In this document: positions 1 to 9,733 of the stretch, one piece after another
Numbering within the stretch: the stretch's first letter is position 1
Layout: each line of letters begins with the position of its first letter
DNA from: an uncultured Nitrospiraceae bacterium
Lineage (GTDB): Bacteria > Nitrospirota > UBA9217
Direction: 5' to 3'
DNA: 64,000 bases
Assembly (NCBI GenBank): GCA_964586075.1
Contig: CAZPGZ010000001.1
Location: 149,099-213,098, forward strand
Program-made: the position numbers and the translations under genes
Notes under the pieces: generated by a model
The model's database searches: none
What the model was told of the DNA's origin: nothing
Seen by the model: only the letters and a program-made list of their open reading frames with translations

Positions 1-1
1 G

Positions 2-76
2 GTCGTGGATAACGGGAGGCTGGTGGGCATCGTGACTCTTACGGACATTATCAACTATATTGGAGACAAACTCTAA
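2..76 (+). CDS. C-terminal fragment of a CBS-domain protein (5' end lies outside the window)
   Basis: The frame ends ...VVDNGRLVGIVTLTDIINYIGDKL*, a typical CBS-pair C-terminus. Only 25 codons are visible. Confidence 0.4.
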   Translation, partial: VVDNGRLVGIVTLTDIINYIGDKL

Positions 77-127
77 CGATGACCTCAGTTCGCTTGCGTC
101 ATCGGTTCGAATAACCTGCCCGGAGCG

Positions 128-1102
128 CTATGAAACCGGCTTCAGTGTTACATCCCCGGAAGCCACGTGGACCGCGCGTCCGTCATCAAGCGTGATGATA
201 AGCCTGCCTTCGCGATCGATTCCCTGCGCCAATCCTTCGAGAGTATCTTTCAGGCCGCGCACCGTGACCCGATTGCCGATCGTCACATTAAGCTTTTTCC
301 ACTCCGATAAAACGCGTTCTTCATCTTCGAGAAACACCCGGTACCAGTGTTCAAGATCCAGCAGCAATTGGCACAGCAGCGGTGTGCGCCGGAGGTTCTT
401 CCCGGTTTCCGCCGCCAGTGTCGTTATATTTCTGCGGACGTCGGACGGAAGTGCCTCAAGATCCATATTTACATTCAAGCCGATACCCAGCACGATATAT
501 TTGATGCGGTCCTGCTCCGCGCTCATTTCGGTAAGCAGTCCGCTGATTTTCTTTTGTCCGATAAGAACATCATTGGGCCATTTAATGACGGCTTGCTGGG
601 CGAGCATGGTTCGGACTGTGGAAGCAACTGCAACCGCCCCCATGAGAGTAAGAAGAGGGGCCTTCTGCAGCTGAATGTTCGGTTTCAGAACCACGCTGAA
701 ATAGAGATTTCCTTTCGGCGAAATCCATGTTCTGCCGATTCTGCCCTTACCGGCGGTTTGCGTTTCCGCAATGACCACGGTACCTTCAGGCGATGAGAGC
801 GACGCCATCTCCATGGCAAGCGTGTTGGTGGATGCGACCGCGGGATGCAGGTGGAGTGTTCGGCCCATGAATTTGGTCCTGAGCCCCTGGAGTATGTCGC
901 TTTTCCGCAGGGTATCAGGCTCGCTCAAGATTCGGTATCCCTGAGATGGGACGGCCTGGATTCCGAAGCCTTCCTGTTCGAGCGACTTGATATGCTTCCA
1001 GACCATGGTGCGTGAAATCCCTGTTTTCCTGGCTAATTCTTCTCCGGAAAGGAAATCGGCAGGTGATGATCTGAGGAGGCGCAGTATTTTGTCTTTATAC
1101 AT
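128..1102 (-). CDS. birA: Bifunctional biotin--[acetyl-CoA-carboxylase] ligase / biotin operon repressor BirA
   Basis: 324 aa. It has an N-terminal HTH region (ELARKTGISRTMVWKHIKSLEQEG), a BPL catalytic core with a GKGRIGRTW-type motif, and a C-terminal BirA domain. Confidence 0.85.
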   Translation of the reverse strand: MYKDKILRLLRSSPADFLSGEELARKTGISRTMVWKHIKSLEQEGFGIQAVPSQGYRILSEPDTLRKSDILQGLRTKFMGRTLHLHPAVASTNTLAMEMASLSSPEGTVVIAETQTAGKGRIGRTWISPKGNLYFSVVLKPNIQLQKAPLLTLMGAVAVASTVRTMLAQQAVIKWPNDVLIGQKKISGLLTEMSAEQDRIKYIVLGIGLNVNMDLEALPSDVRRNITTLAAETGKNLRRTPLLCQLLLDLEHWYRVFLEDEERVLSEWKKLNVTIGNRVTVRGLKDTLEGLAQGIDREGRLIITLDDGRAVHVASGDVTLKPVS

Positions 1103-1198
1103 TCTTTGAAAACCGGGGCGGCATTACCTCATGTGTGCTTTGCCCGCTGTGGAGTGAGCAAATATGGTGCCGGTGTTGCTCCCGATTGTCCTGCTGTT

Positions 1199-2035
1199 TT
1201 AATTGATGATTTTCATGCTGATATCGGCGGCAGGCGCCGAATGAGTCAGGCTTCCGCAGGATATAAAATCAACGCCTGTTTCCGCGATGGTCCGAATCGT
1301 ATCAAGGGTCACATTGCCTGATGCCTCCACCAGCGCCTGATGGTTGATCAGCGCCACCGCCTCGCGCATCATAGCAACCGTCATGTTGTCAAGCATGATT
1401 ACGTCAGCCTTTGCGGACAGCGCTTCCCGCACATCCTCAAGGGTCCTTGTTTCCACTTCGATTTTAAGCAGATGGTGGGATTTTTTTCTTACCAGGTTTA
1501 CAGCATTTGTAATGCCCCCCGCTGCCGCAATATGATTGTCTTTTATCAGCACGCCGTCGTTCAAACAATAGCGGTGGTTCCTGCCCCCTCCCAGCCGAAC
1601 GGCATATTTCTCAAGCTGGCGCAAACCGGGGTGGGTTTTTCTTGTGTCAAGCACCGCCACCTTCAGCCCCTTAATGCTGTCGAGATACCGGGCCGTCAGG
1701 GTCGCAATGCCGGACAGGTGCTGGAGCAGATTCAAAGCAACGCGTTCTCCCATCAGCAGCGCCCGTGTCTTGCCTGACAGGCGGGCGATCTCTGCACCGG
1801 CGTTCAGACAGTCTCCGTCCCGGGCAAGAGGCTCAAACTCTATTGAAGAGTCAAGGACGTGAAACACTTCCCGGCTTACGGAAATACCGGCGAGAATAAG
1901 AGACTGTTTGGCGGTTATTACCGCAACGGCTTCTGCTTCGGGCGATATCGTTGCCTCCGTGGTAACGTCTCCGGGGCCGATGTCTTCGAGCAGGGTCTGC
2001 TCGATCAGTTTTTTGAGCGCTAAATTGATCATCAA
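1199..2035 (-). CDS. nadC: Nicotinate-nucleotide pyrophosphorylase (quinolinate phosphoribosyltransferase) NadC
   Basis: 278 aa. The QPRTase fold is readable across the full length, with motifs LDTRKTHPGLR and VIMLDNM. Confidence 0.85.
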   Translation of the reverse strand: MMINLALKKLIEQTLLEDIGPGDVTTEATISPEAEAVAVITAKQSLILAGISVSREVFHVLDSSIEFEPLARDGDCLNAGAEIARLSGKTRALLMGERVALNLLQHLSGIATLTARYLDSIKGLKVAVLDTRKTHPGLRQLEKYAVRLGGGRNHRYCLNDGVLIKDNHIAAAGGITNAVNLVRKKSHHLLKIEVETRTLEDVREALSAKADVIMLDNMTVAMMREAVALINHQALVEASGNVTLDTIRTIAETGVDFISCGSLTHSAPAADISMKIIN

Positions 2036-2084
2036 ATCCTAGCTATTCTTGCGGTTCGCTGCAGCATACAGCGCGCGTTTTTAT

Positions 2085-4817
2085 CTAGTTCAGAATCTTC
2101 AGGCTTGTTGCCAGCTTTTCATATTTTGACTTCAGCTCGGCGAGCTTTTCCCGGTTTTTTGCCACGACGTCCTGCGGCGCTTTGTCTACAAAATTTCTGT
2201 TCAGGAGTTTCTTTGACAGGACTTCAATCTCTTGCGATATCTTCGCCATGTCCTTCTGCAAACGCTCGCGCTCCTGGCCCAAGTCAAGAAGACCTTCCAG
2301 CGGGACATACACCTCCGCGCCTTTGATGACGGCCGTAGCGGTTATTTTCGGCTTGCATTCCTCCGTGCCGATGCGAAGATCATTCACGCGCGCAAGCGTT
2401 TTCACATAGGTTGCGCTTTGTTCGAGGTGCTCCCCAAGCTTCGCGTGATCTACCTTTACGATTGCCGTTATCTGCAACGAGGGTGCAATATTCATTTCGC
2501 CGCGAATATTCCTGATCGCCAAAATCAGGTCCATGACCATCTGCATGTCCTGCTCGATCTCGGGATTGATCAGCTTTTCGTCTGCAACAGGATACGGCGA
2601 GACCATGATGGAATCATACTGTTTCCCCGCCTTTGCATGTTCCCCGCAGGACTGGCGGTTTCTGGCCTGTTCGGGCAGGGTCTGCCATATTTCCTCCGTG
2701 ATGAACGGCATAAGGGGATGCAGCAGCCGGAGTGCGGTTTCCAGTACCTGGGCAAGCACCGCCTGGGTCGCCGTGCGGCTGGGAGAATCTTTCTCCTGGT
2801 TCAAGGTCGGTTTTGACAATTCGAGGTACCAGTCGCAGTACTCGTGCCAGATGAACTGGTAGAGCGAAGAAGCAACATCATTAAACCGATATTCAGAGAG
2901 GGCGCATTGTATGTCTTTCGTAACGGAATTCAGCCGCGAAAGAATCCAGCGGTCTGCAAGAGACAGTGGTGCTGTTGCGGACGCAGGAGCCGGAGCAAAA
3001 TCCTGATCCAGATTCATGAGCACGAACCTGCTGGCATTCCAGATCTTGTTTGCAAAGTTTCTATAGCCTTCTATTCGTTCGGGCGAGAGTTTAATATCGC
3101 GCCCCTGCGCCGCAAAAGCGGAAAGAGTGAAGCGGAAAGCATCGGTTCCATACTGGTCTATCATCACCAGCGGATCGATGACATTTCCCCTGGACTTGCT
3201 CATTTTCTGGCCTTCCGCATCGCGTACCAGCGCATGAATATATACATCCCGGAAGGGGACTTCTTTCATGAAGTGAAGGCCCATCATGATCATCCGGGCC
3301 ACCCAGAAGAAGATGATATCAAAGCTTGTGACAAGCACCGAGGTCGGATAGTAAACCTTCAGCTCTCCGGTTTTATCGGGCCATCCCAGCGTCGAGAACG
3401 GCCATAACGCGGAGGAGAACCAGGTGTCGAGGACGTCGGTTTCCTGTCGTATGTTCTTGCTTCCGCATTTTTTGCAGGCAGCGGCGTCCGTCCGCGTTAC
3501 CATAAGTTCACCGCAGTCGTCGCAATACCAAGCAGGAATGCGGTGCCCCCACCAGATCTGGCGCGAGATGCACCAGTCTTTTATATTCCGCATCCAGTCA
3601 AAATAGGTGTTTTCCCAGCCCTTGGGGATGATTCTCACCGCCCCGTCCTCAACAGCTTTGATTGCAGGTTCTGCCAGCGGCGTTGTCTTCACAAACCATT
3701 GCGGTGAGAGGTAAGGCTCAACCACTGCTTTGCAGCGGTAGCATTTGCCGATGGAATGGGCGTGGTCCTCAGTTGTAATAAGAAAACCCCGCTCCTGAAG
3801 AAGCTCCACAACCATGCCGCGCGCTTTCTTGGCTGGTTTGCCGGCAAGGTGCTTCAACACATCAGGCAGCACATCCGGAATATCGGAAAGAATTTCCGCC
3901 TTTTCATTAAGCATCTTTATCCGCAGCAACTCCGGTTTTTGGCGCTGGCCTGCTTCGTAATCGTTGAAATCATGCGCCGGAGTCACCTTGACGGCACCGG
4001 TCCCGAATTCGAGATCAACAAGGATTGAATCGCCGATAATCGGAATTTTGCGCCTCGTGAGCGGAAGATCTACGCTCTTGCCGATGAGACTTTTATACCG
4101 CGGGTCCAGCGGGTGCACGGCAACGGCGGTGTCTCCCAGCATGGTCTCCGGTCTGGTGGTCGCCACCGTCAACCGAATGTTCGGGTCATGGCTCAACGGG
4201 TAGGCAATATGATACAGCTTGCCTTTTTCATCTTCATGCTCAACTTCAATATCGGACAATGCAGTATGGCAGCGCGGGCACCAGTTGATCAGCCGTTCAC
4301 CGCGGTAAATCAGACCTTCTTCATAGAGCGTGACAAAAACTTCCCGCACGGCCCGCGACAGACCTTCATCCATGGTAAACCGTTCGCGTTCCCAGTCGCA
4401 GGAGGCACCCAGGCGCTTCAACTGGCCGATGATCTTGCCGCCATATTCCTTTTTCCACTCCCAGACTTTTTCGATGAATTTTTCTCGGCCAAGACTTTGG
4501 CGGTCAATATGGTCCTTGGCAAGCTGGCGTTCCACTACGTTCTGGGTGGCTATCCCCGCATGGTCCGTACCGGGCAGCCAGAGCGCGTTCCTGCCGCTCA
4601 TGCGCATCCACCGCGTCAAAATATCCTGCAGTGTGGAGTTCAGCGCGTGGCCGATGTGCAGCGACCCGGTCACATTCGGCGGGGGGATTACAATGGAGAA
4701 CGGTGTGCCGGCTGCGTTTTTATCAGCATGAAAATAATTTTTTGATTGCCAATCATGGTACCATTTCTGTTCGACCTGTTGAGGATCATATGTTTTCGGC
4801 AGTTCTTTTCCCGACAT
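2085..4817 (-). CDS. valS: Valine--tRNA ligase
   Basis: 910 aa class I aaRS with a HIGH motif (PNVTGSLHIGHAL), a KMSKS motif and a C-terminal coiled-coil. An AAGGAG RBS precedes the ATG. Confidence 0.95.
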   Translation of the reverse strand: MSGKELPKTYDPQQVEQKWYHDWQSKNYFHADKNAAGTPFSIVIPPPNVTGSLHIGHALNSTLQDILTRWMRMSGRNALWLPGTDHAGIATQNVVERQLAKDHIDRQSLGREKFIEKVWEWKKEYGGKIIGQLKRLGASCDWERERFTMDEGLSRAVREVFVTLYEEGLIYRGERLINWCPRCHTALSDIEVEHEDEKGKLYHIAYPLSHDPNIRLTVATTRPETMLGDTAVAVHPLDPRYKSLIGKSVDLPLTRRKIPIIGDSILVDLEFGTGAVKVTPAHDFNDYEAGQRQKPELLRIKMLNEKAEILSDIPDVLPDVLKHLAGKPAKKARGMVVELLQERGFLITTEDHAHSIGKCYRCKAVVEPYLSPQWFVKTTPLAEPAIKAVEDGAVRIIPKGWENTYFDWMRNIKDWCISRQIWWGHRIPAWYCDDCGELMVTRTDAAACKKCGSKNIRQETDVLDTWFSSALWPFSTLGWPDKTGELKVYYPTSVLVTSFDIIFFWVARMIMMGLHFMKEVPFRDVYIHALVRDAEGQKMSKSRGNVIDPLVMIDQYGTDAFRFTLSAFAAQGRDIKLSPERIEGYRNFANKIWNASRFVLMNLDQDFAPAPASATAPLSLADRWILSRLNSVTKDIQCALSEYRFNDVASSLYQFIWHEYCDWYLELSKPTLNQEKDSPSRTATQAVLAQVLETALRLLHPLMPFITEEIWQTLPEQARNRQSCGEHAKAGKQYDSIMVSPYPVADEKLINPEIEQDMQMVMDLILAIRNIRGEMNIAPSLQITAIVKVDHAKLGEHLEQSATYVKTLARVNDLRIGTEECKPKITATAVIKGAEVYVPLEGLLDLGQERERLQKDMAKISQEIEVLSKKLLNRNFVDKAPQDVVAKNREKLAELKSKYEKLATSLKILN

Positions 4818-4849
4818 GAAATACTATCTCCTTTACTGCACATATCGCC

Positions 4850-4882
4850 TTCAAACTAAAAGAGGGGAACTAGTCCCCTCGT
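4850..4882 (-). terminator. Rho-independent terminator at the end of the chemosensory operon
   Basis: Hairpin GAGGGGA-actag-TCCCCTC (4862..4881), followed on the minus strand by TTTTAGTTT. It lies between the receiver-protein stop codon and the valS promoter region. Confidence 0.5.
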
Positions 4883-4912
4883 CCGGCACTCAGTTATTTT
4901 CGTTATTTGGTT

Positions 4913-6187
4913 CTACGGTGTTTTCTTTAAACGCTCAATCTCTTCTTTGATCAGGTGCTCTGCCAACTGCGGAATTACTTCCCATGCCACCTGCTCAATT
5001 ATGCCCCGCGCAAGCTCCCGGGCCACAGTCATAACCGCTTCCTGGATGCCTCGCTTGATTGTTTCGTCGGATATTTTAGGAATGGGAGGAGGAGGCATAT
5101 CCTTCAATGCATTCATGGTCAACTTTGATGCCGTTTCCGCCACCAGTTTGCGCATATCCTCCATCGGCAATGCCGGTTGCGGAAGCGGCATGCTTTTCAG
5201 GCCATCCGCTACCTGCTTTGATACGGTCTCCGTCACCAGTTTGCGCACGTCGTCCAGCGAGAAAGGCGGCTGTTGCACCGGCGGAGGCACGTTTTTCAGG
5301 GCATCTGCTACCTGTTTTGATACGGTCTCCGCCACCAGTTTGCGCACATCGTCCATCAACAATACCGGCTGCGAAGTCGGCGGCATGGCTGGTTGTAAAA
5401 CGGGTGCGTGTCCCTGCGGCGTGAGAGGCACGGCAGACTGCGCTGTTTCGAACGTTGTATCGAACGATTCGAACGTGACAATCTCCGGCTTGATTTCGTC
5501 AGTTATTTCCGTCAGGCCTAAATTGGCCCGCATCTCTTCCACAGCTTTTGCGCCGGTCGGCAATGCCTGTTCTTCCTGAAGAGATGGCGCTTCGATTTCC
5601 TCGACAACAGGCTCAACCTCGAAAACCGAATCCTCTTCAACGGAGGCGGCAGCCTGTTTGAGATCCGCGCGCGTAGGCGCGCTGCTGATAATGTCGAAAA
5701 TAGATGTCGGCGCCTGCTTTGGTTCACTTGCGGTAACGGAAGGTCGAACGGTACGAGTCTCCTGCTTTGCCGCCTGCTGCTGCGGCTTCGGAGCGACAGG
5801 CGCTTCTCTGCGCGGCGGCGCTGATGCAAGCACTTTTTTCACCTTGCCGATGAGCTCTTGAGATTCGAACGGTTTGACGATTTTATCGGTGATTCCGGCC
5901 TGCTTGCCCTTCGCGGTATCATATACATCGTCTCTGCTCATCATCAGAACAACCGGAATGTGGGAAAGTTTCGGATTATTTTTGAGCTGCGTGGCAACCC
6001 CGTAGCCATCTACCCGCGGCAGATCTATATCAACCAGCACAACGCCCGGAACGGTCCTCTCCACCTCGTGCAGAGCAGCCTCTCCGTCGCTCACACAGAT
6101 GACTTCATACTCTCTTCCGGAAAACAGCATCTCCACGACCTTCTGGATGGTGATGCTTTTATCTGCCAATAGTAATTTAACCGGCAT
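4913..6187 (-). CDS. Response regulator (CheY-like receiver) with a Pro/Gln-rich linker, three 33-aa tandem repeats and a C-terminal amphipathic helix
   Basis: N-terminal REC domain (KLLLADKS...D...K). The C-terminal half contains three copies of D(D/M)VRKLVxETxSKxxxxALK...PPP. The track start at 6202 is a TTG codon, and the first ATG is at 6187. Confidence 0.8.
   Translation of the reverse strand: MPVKLLLADKSITIQKVVEMLFSGREYEVICVSDGEAALHEVERTVPGVVLVDIDLPRVDGYGVATQLKNNPKLSHIPVVLMMSRDDVYDTAKGKQAGITDKIVKPFESQELIGKVKKVLASAPPRREAPVAPKPQQQAAKQETRTVRPSVTASEPKQAPTSIFDIISSAPTRADLKQAAASVEEDSVFEVEPVVEEIEAPSLQEEQALPTGAKAVEEMRANLGLTEITDEIKPEIVTFESFDTTFETAQSAVPLTPQGHAPVLQPAMPPTSQPVLLMDDVRKLVAETVSKQVADALKNVPPPVQQPPFSLDDVRKLVTETVSKQVADGLKSMPLPQPALPMEDMRKLVAETASKLTMNALKDMPPPPIPKISDETIKRGIQEAVMTVARELARGIIEQVAWEVIPQLAEHLIKEEIERLKKTP
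5084..5353. repeat. Three tandem in-frame repeats of about 99 nt (about 90% identical) inside the receiver-protein gene
   Basis: The string tgatacggtctccg(t/c)caccagtttgcgcac recurs. The plus-strand shadow ORF 5107..5424 shows the same periodicity. Confidence 0.8.
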
Positions 6188-6629
6188 GGAACAACCTTTC
6201 AAAATCGAGGATCATGATCGACAGGTCGTTTTCAAAAACGACCCCTTTTACATAGTGTGGATCGACATCAGGCGCCGCTTCTGCCGGGGAGGATGTGCTT
6301 TCTTCCAGCATGGCCATTCGTGCTACACCGTCCACAACAATTCCGAACGGTATCTTTTTTTCTTCAAGCAGAATAATACTTTGTCCGGCACCGGTACTCT
6401 CGTTTGTTTCCGCCGCAAAGCCGATCGGCGCCGATCTGTTCAGGGCCAGCCTTTTTATCAGACTAAAGATCGGGTACACGGTCCCCCGATAATCGATCAG
6501 CCCCTCCACATAAGGATACGACAGCGGCACGGAACGAGACGCGCGCCACGGAAAGATCTCAATAGCACCGTGCAGCTTTGCACCAAAAAGCCTGCCGGCC
6601 AGATGGAACACCAGAAAGCTGCTGATCAT
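6177..6629 (-). CDS. cheW: Chemotaxis coupling protein CheW
   Basis: 150 aa single CheW-like domain. Its stop/start overlaps the adjacent che genes. Confidence 0.8.
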   Translation of the reverse strand: MISSFLVFHLAGRLFGAKLHGAIEIFPWRASRSVPLSYPYVEGLIDYRGTVYPIFSLIKRLALNRSAPIGFAAETNESTGAGQSIILLEEKKIPFGIVVDGVARMAMLEESTSSPAEAAPDVDPHYVKGVVFENDLSIMILDFERLFHAG

Positions 6630-7036
6630 GGCAGCAAACCGTCCTCGTTCAGCAGCAGAACAAGATTGTCTCCGTGCCGCAGAACGCCATTGTAGCAGTG
6701 GAGCCCCGGTGCGACAACTCCTTTCGGCATCGGAATTACGTTTTGGACAGAATCCAGGATATCGGTTACTGCATCGACGAGGATTCCGAAGGTCCGCTTT
6801 TTGTTTTTGACGACCAGAAGCGTCTCCAGCGGGCTGCTGGGAAGTTTGAATAATTTTTTAATGTTCAAAACCGGAATAGGCGACCCGCGATATTCAAACT
6901 TCCCTTCAAAAAAATCATCGAGGCTCGGATCGTTCTGAATATTGCGTGCAACCGTAATCTCCAGAAGCCTCGTGATGGGAATGGCGTACTGTTCGTGTTC
7001 CAAAGACAATATCAAAAACCGTTTGTTTTCAGCCAT
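6626..7036 (-). CDS. cheW: Chemotaxis coupling protein CheW
   Basis: CheW-like domain (FLILSLEHEQYAIPITRLLEI...). The ATG at 7036 sits 4 nt after the CheA stop codon. The track start at 7111 would overlap CheA. Confidence 0.8.
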   Translation of the reverse strand: MAENKRFLILSLEHEQYAIPITRLLEITVARNIQNDPSLDDFFEGKFEYRGSPIPVLNIKKLFKLPSSPLETLLVVKNKKRTFGILVDAVTDILDSVQNVIPMPKGVVAPGLHCYNGVLRHGDNLVLLLNEDGLLP

Positions 7037-7040
7037 AACG

Positions 7041-9725
7041 TTATGTCCGACTGGTAAGTACGGCTCCGCTGAGGAGTTTTTTGAGCGCATCGAGCATTTC
7101 CTGCTCTTCAAACGGTTTTACCAGATAATCCTGCGCTCCCATGTCCTGAGCCTTCTGGCGGTGTTTATCACCGGCCCGGGACGTAAGCACGATGATTGGA
7201 ATATTCGCGAGTTCGGGATTCTTTTTCATCTCGACCATCAGATCATATCCATGCATGACAGGCATTTCCAGGTCGGTAATAACGGCATCAAATTTCACCC
7301 GTCCCATGACGTTCAGGGCCTCCATGCCGTCTGGCGCCACGTGAACTTCATAGCCGGTCCGGTCAAGAAACCGCTGCACATATTTCCGGATGCTTATGGA
7401 GTCGTCAACAACAAGCACTCGCGGCTTTCTTGTAGAAATCTCAGGCGTTGATTCCGGTTTTGCCGATCCTACCGTCGTTCGGGATGCCATCGCAGCCTCA
7501 TCACCGAACAGCGACGCAATATTAAGAATAAGCCGCACGTTGCCGTCGCCGGAAATCGTCGCACCGGAAAACATCCTTATTTCCTTGAGGTAGTCTCCCA
7601 GCGTTTTGACCACGATTTCTTCCCGGCCGATAATGTCTTCCACCATAAGCGCGAGACGTTTTTCCGCCGAGCCGAGAATCAGCGTCGGCTGCCGGAATGT
7701 CTCCTCTTTTTTCGGCAATTTCCCGAGGCCGAGCAGTTCATTCAGTTTCAGAAGTTTTACCAAGGATCCGCGCAGGTTTACCATTTCCTCTCCTGCGGCA
7801 TGCTGAATATCTTTCGAAGAGAACCGTGTGGTTTCTTCGACCAGGTTCATGGGGACGGCTATTTCCTGGTCTTTAAGCTTTACAATAAGCGCTTGTGCAA
7901 TGGCCAGCGTGAGAGGAAGCCTGATCGAGAACTTCGTGCCGATATTTTTTTCCGTTTTTATTTCTATCCGGCCGTGAATGCGGACCAGTTGGTTCGCCAC
8001 CACGTCCATGCCCACGCCTCTTCCGGAAATCTTGCCTATGGTTGCAGCCGTGGAAAACCCGGGCTGAAAAATAAGATTAATGGCTTCCGGGTCTGTGAGA
8101 GCCTGGGCCGCCCCCGGAGTAATGAAACCCTTCTCAACAGCCGTGCTCCGGAGCATGGCCGGATCCATTCCGCGTCCATCATCCTCAATTTCAATAATGA
8201 TGCTGTTTCCCTCATGCCGCGCCTTCAGGACGAGAAGTCCGGTCGGATCCTTTCCGAGTGCCGTGCGCTCCGCAGCCGGTTCGATTCCATGCGATACCGC
8301 ATTTCTGATCATGTGCATAAGCGGATCAGATATGATTTCGAAGACCGTTTTATCGATCTTCGTTTCCCCGCCCGAAAGCACGATGTTTACCTGTTTCCGT
8401 TCTGCCTGCGCAAGATCGCGCACCAGCCTCGGAAACAGCTGATAGAGCTTGTCCATCTCAACCATGCGGGCCAGGGTAATTTCGTCCTGCAGGTTTGTTG
8501 TGATGGTGGAAATTCTCGCCGTATCAACCTCAAACGAGTCAAAGAATCCGGCAAGATCTGTCATGATTTCATTCGTGTCGTTCGTAATTTCCGTGAGTTT
8601 TCGGGAAAGCAGGTTAAAATCATCGTAGCGGTCGAATTCCAGCTCGAGAAAATCGCCGGTCTGTTCCGCCGGTTTTTCACTGGTCCCGGGCGCCTCTATG
8701 CTCAGCGTATATTCGTATTTTTCCTCGAATTTTTTGATCTCGTGCAGCAACCGGTTCTGGCTGAATGCAAGCTCCTCCCGCAGCACTTTTATAAAATCGA
8801 CCTGGTGCGCCAGACGGTTCCGGCTTACAATCATTTCCCCAACCAGATTCATCAGATTGTCGAGGCGATCAATGTTGACCCGAATAAACTGCTTTTCCAG
8901 ATCAGCAACGTCTGTAGCGCGGCGGTTGAAACCTCGCTTTTCAGAAACGCCCGATTTCTTTGCCTCGTCTATTTCCTGCTGAAGCGGCGATTTGTGCGCA
9001 GTCGAAGGCAAATCCGCACGGACTGCTGGAGTCTCCGGCAAGACATCCTGTTCTTCAATTTCCTCAACGGCTGTTTCAATTGCATCGATTTCCTCAAGTT
9101 CTTCCGGCTTTTCAACCTCATTAAGGGCTTGCAGTTCAGCCTCTGCCTCGGATTCCGGCTCCGTCTGAGGCCCTCCGACAGGTTCGAGGGCAGGTTCAGT
9201 AATTGGTTCAGCGACAATCGGCTCTTCCTCGAGACTAAAGGCTTGCTCCCAAGGCAAATTAAGATCTTCGGTCAGGATGGGTGCAACATCGAGATCCGGA
9301 ACGGCCGGGGAGGGAGTAACGGTCTTTTGCAGGCTCTCGGTAACGTCCTTGTATGCTCTGGCGATGCTGTCCACTACCAGCATGTCTTCAGGATCGTTGA
9401 CCGCGACACTGTCGACCATCAGTTTTATTGCGTCTACACTGTCAAAAAGAAAATTGAGGGATTCTTTGCAGATAGGAATGGTTCCTGAACGGAATTGGCC
9501 GAGCATGTCTTCGGCCTTATGCGCCACATCGCTGATGCCCTGGAACCCCATCATGGCAGCCGAGCCCTTCAGCGTATGTGCTGCGCGGAAAAGTTCGTCG
9601 ATCTGGGCAGTGTCAGATGGATCCTTCTCAATAGACAACAGTCCCTTATTCAGGTTCTGGAGGTGATCACCAGCTTCTACGAGAAAAAATTCAATAATGC
9701 CTGCTTTATCTGATGGCCCAGCCAT
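7041..9725 (-). CDS. cheA: Hybrid chemosensory histidine kinase CheA with a C-terminal receiver domain (FrzE-like)
   Basis: 894 aa. Domain order is Hpt (HTLKGSAAMMGF), acidic linker, dimerization domain, HATPase_c (EIEDDGRGMD, GRGVGMD), CheW-like domain, then REC (VLVVDDSISIRK...DLEMP...K). Confidence 0.9.
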   Translation of the reverse strand: MAGPSDKAGIIEFFLVEAGDHLQNLNKGLLSIEKDPSDTAQIDELFRAAHTLKGSAAMMGFQGISDVAHKAEDMLGQFRSGTIPICKESLNFLFDSVDAIKLMVDSVAVNDPEDMLVVDSIARAYKDVTESLQKTVTPSPAVPDLDVAPILTEDLNLPWEQAFSLEEEPIVAEPITEPALEPVGGPQTEPESEAEAELQALNEVEKPEELEEIDAIETAVEEIEEQDVLPETPAVRADLPSTAHKSPLQQEIDEAKKSGVSEKRGFNRRATDVADLEKQFIRVNIDRLDNLMNLVGEMIVSRNRLAHQVDFIKVLREELAFSQNRLLHEIKKFEEKYEYTLSIEAPGTSEKPAEQTGDFLELEFDRYDDFNLLSRKLTEITNDTNEIMTDLAGFFDSFEVDTARISTITTNLQDEITLARMVEMDKLYQLFPRLVRDLAQAERKQVNIVLSGGETKIDKTVFEIISDPLMHMIRNAVSHGIEPAAERTALGKDPTGLLVLKARHEGNSIIIEIEDDGRGMDPAMLRSTAVEKGFITPGAAQALTDPEAINLIFQPGFSTAATIGKISGRGVGMDVVANQLVRIHGRIEIKTEKNIGTKFSIRLPLTLAIAQALIVKLKDQEIAVPMNLVEETTRFSSKDIQHAAGEEMVNLRGSLVKLLKLNELLGLGKLPKKEETFRQPTLILGSAEKRLALMVEDIIGREEIVVKTLGDYLKEIRMFSGATISGDGNVRLILNIASLFGDEAAMASRTTVGSAKPESTPEISTRKPRVLVVDDSISIRKYVQRFLDRTGYEVHVAPDGMEALNVMGRVKFDAVITDLEMPVMHGYDLMVEMKKNPELANIPIIVLTSRAGDKHRQKAQDMGAQDYLVKPFEEQEMLDALKKLLSGAVLTSRT

Positions 9726-9733
9726 ACGGTCGT

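Noticed and set aside
5084-5353. Tandem repeats as a CRISPR array
   Set aside because: The repeats are about 99 nt, in frame and protein-coding, with no short repeat/spacer periodicity. No CRISPR-like regular spacing was seen anywhere in the window.
7800-9488. Long antisense ORFs opposite cheA (562 aa), ftsH (17284..18594), mfd (51132..52139), the MCP (10161..10844), valS and others
   Set aside because: They are shadow ORFs typical of GC-rich DNA. The opposite strand carries unambiguous conserved proteins, and these frames have low-complexity Arg/Ser/Pro-rich composition and no motifs.
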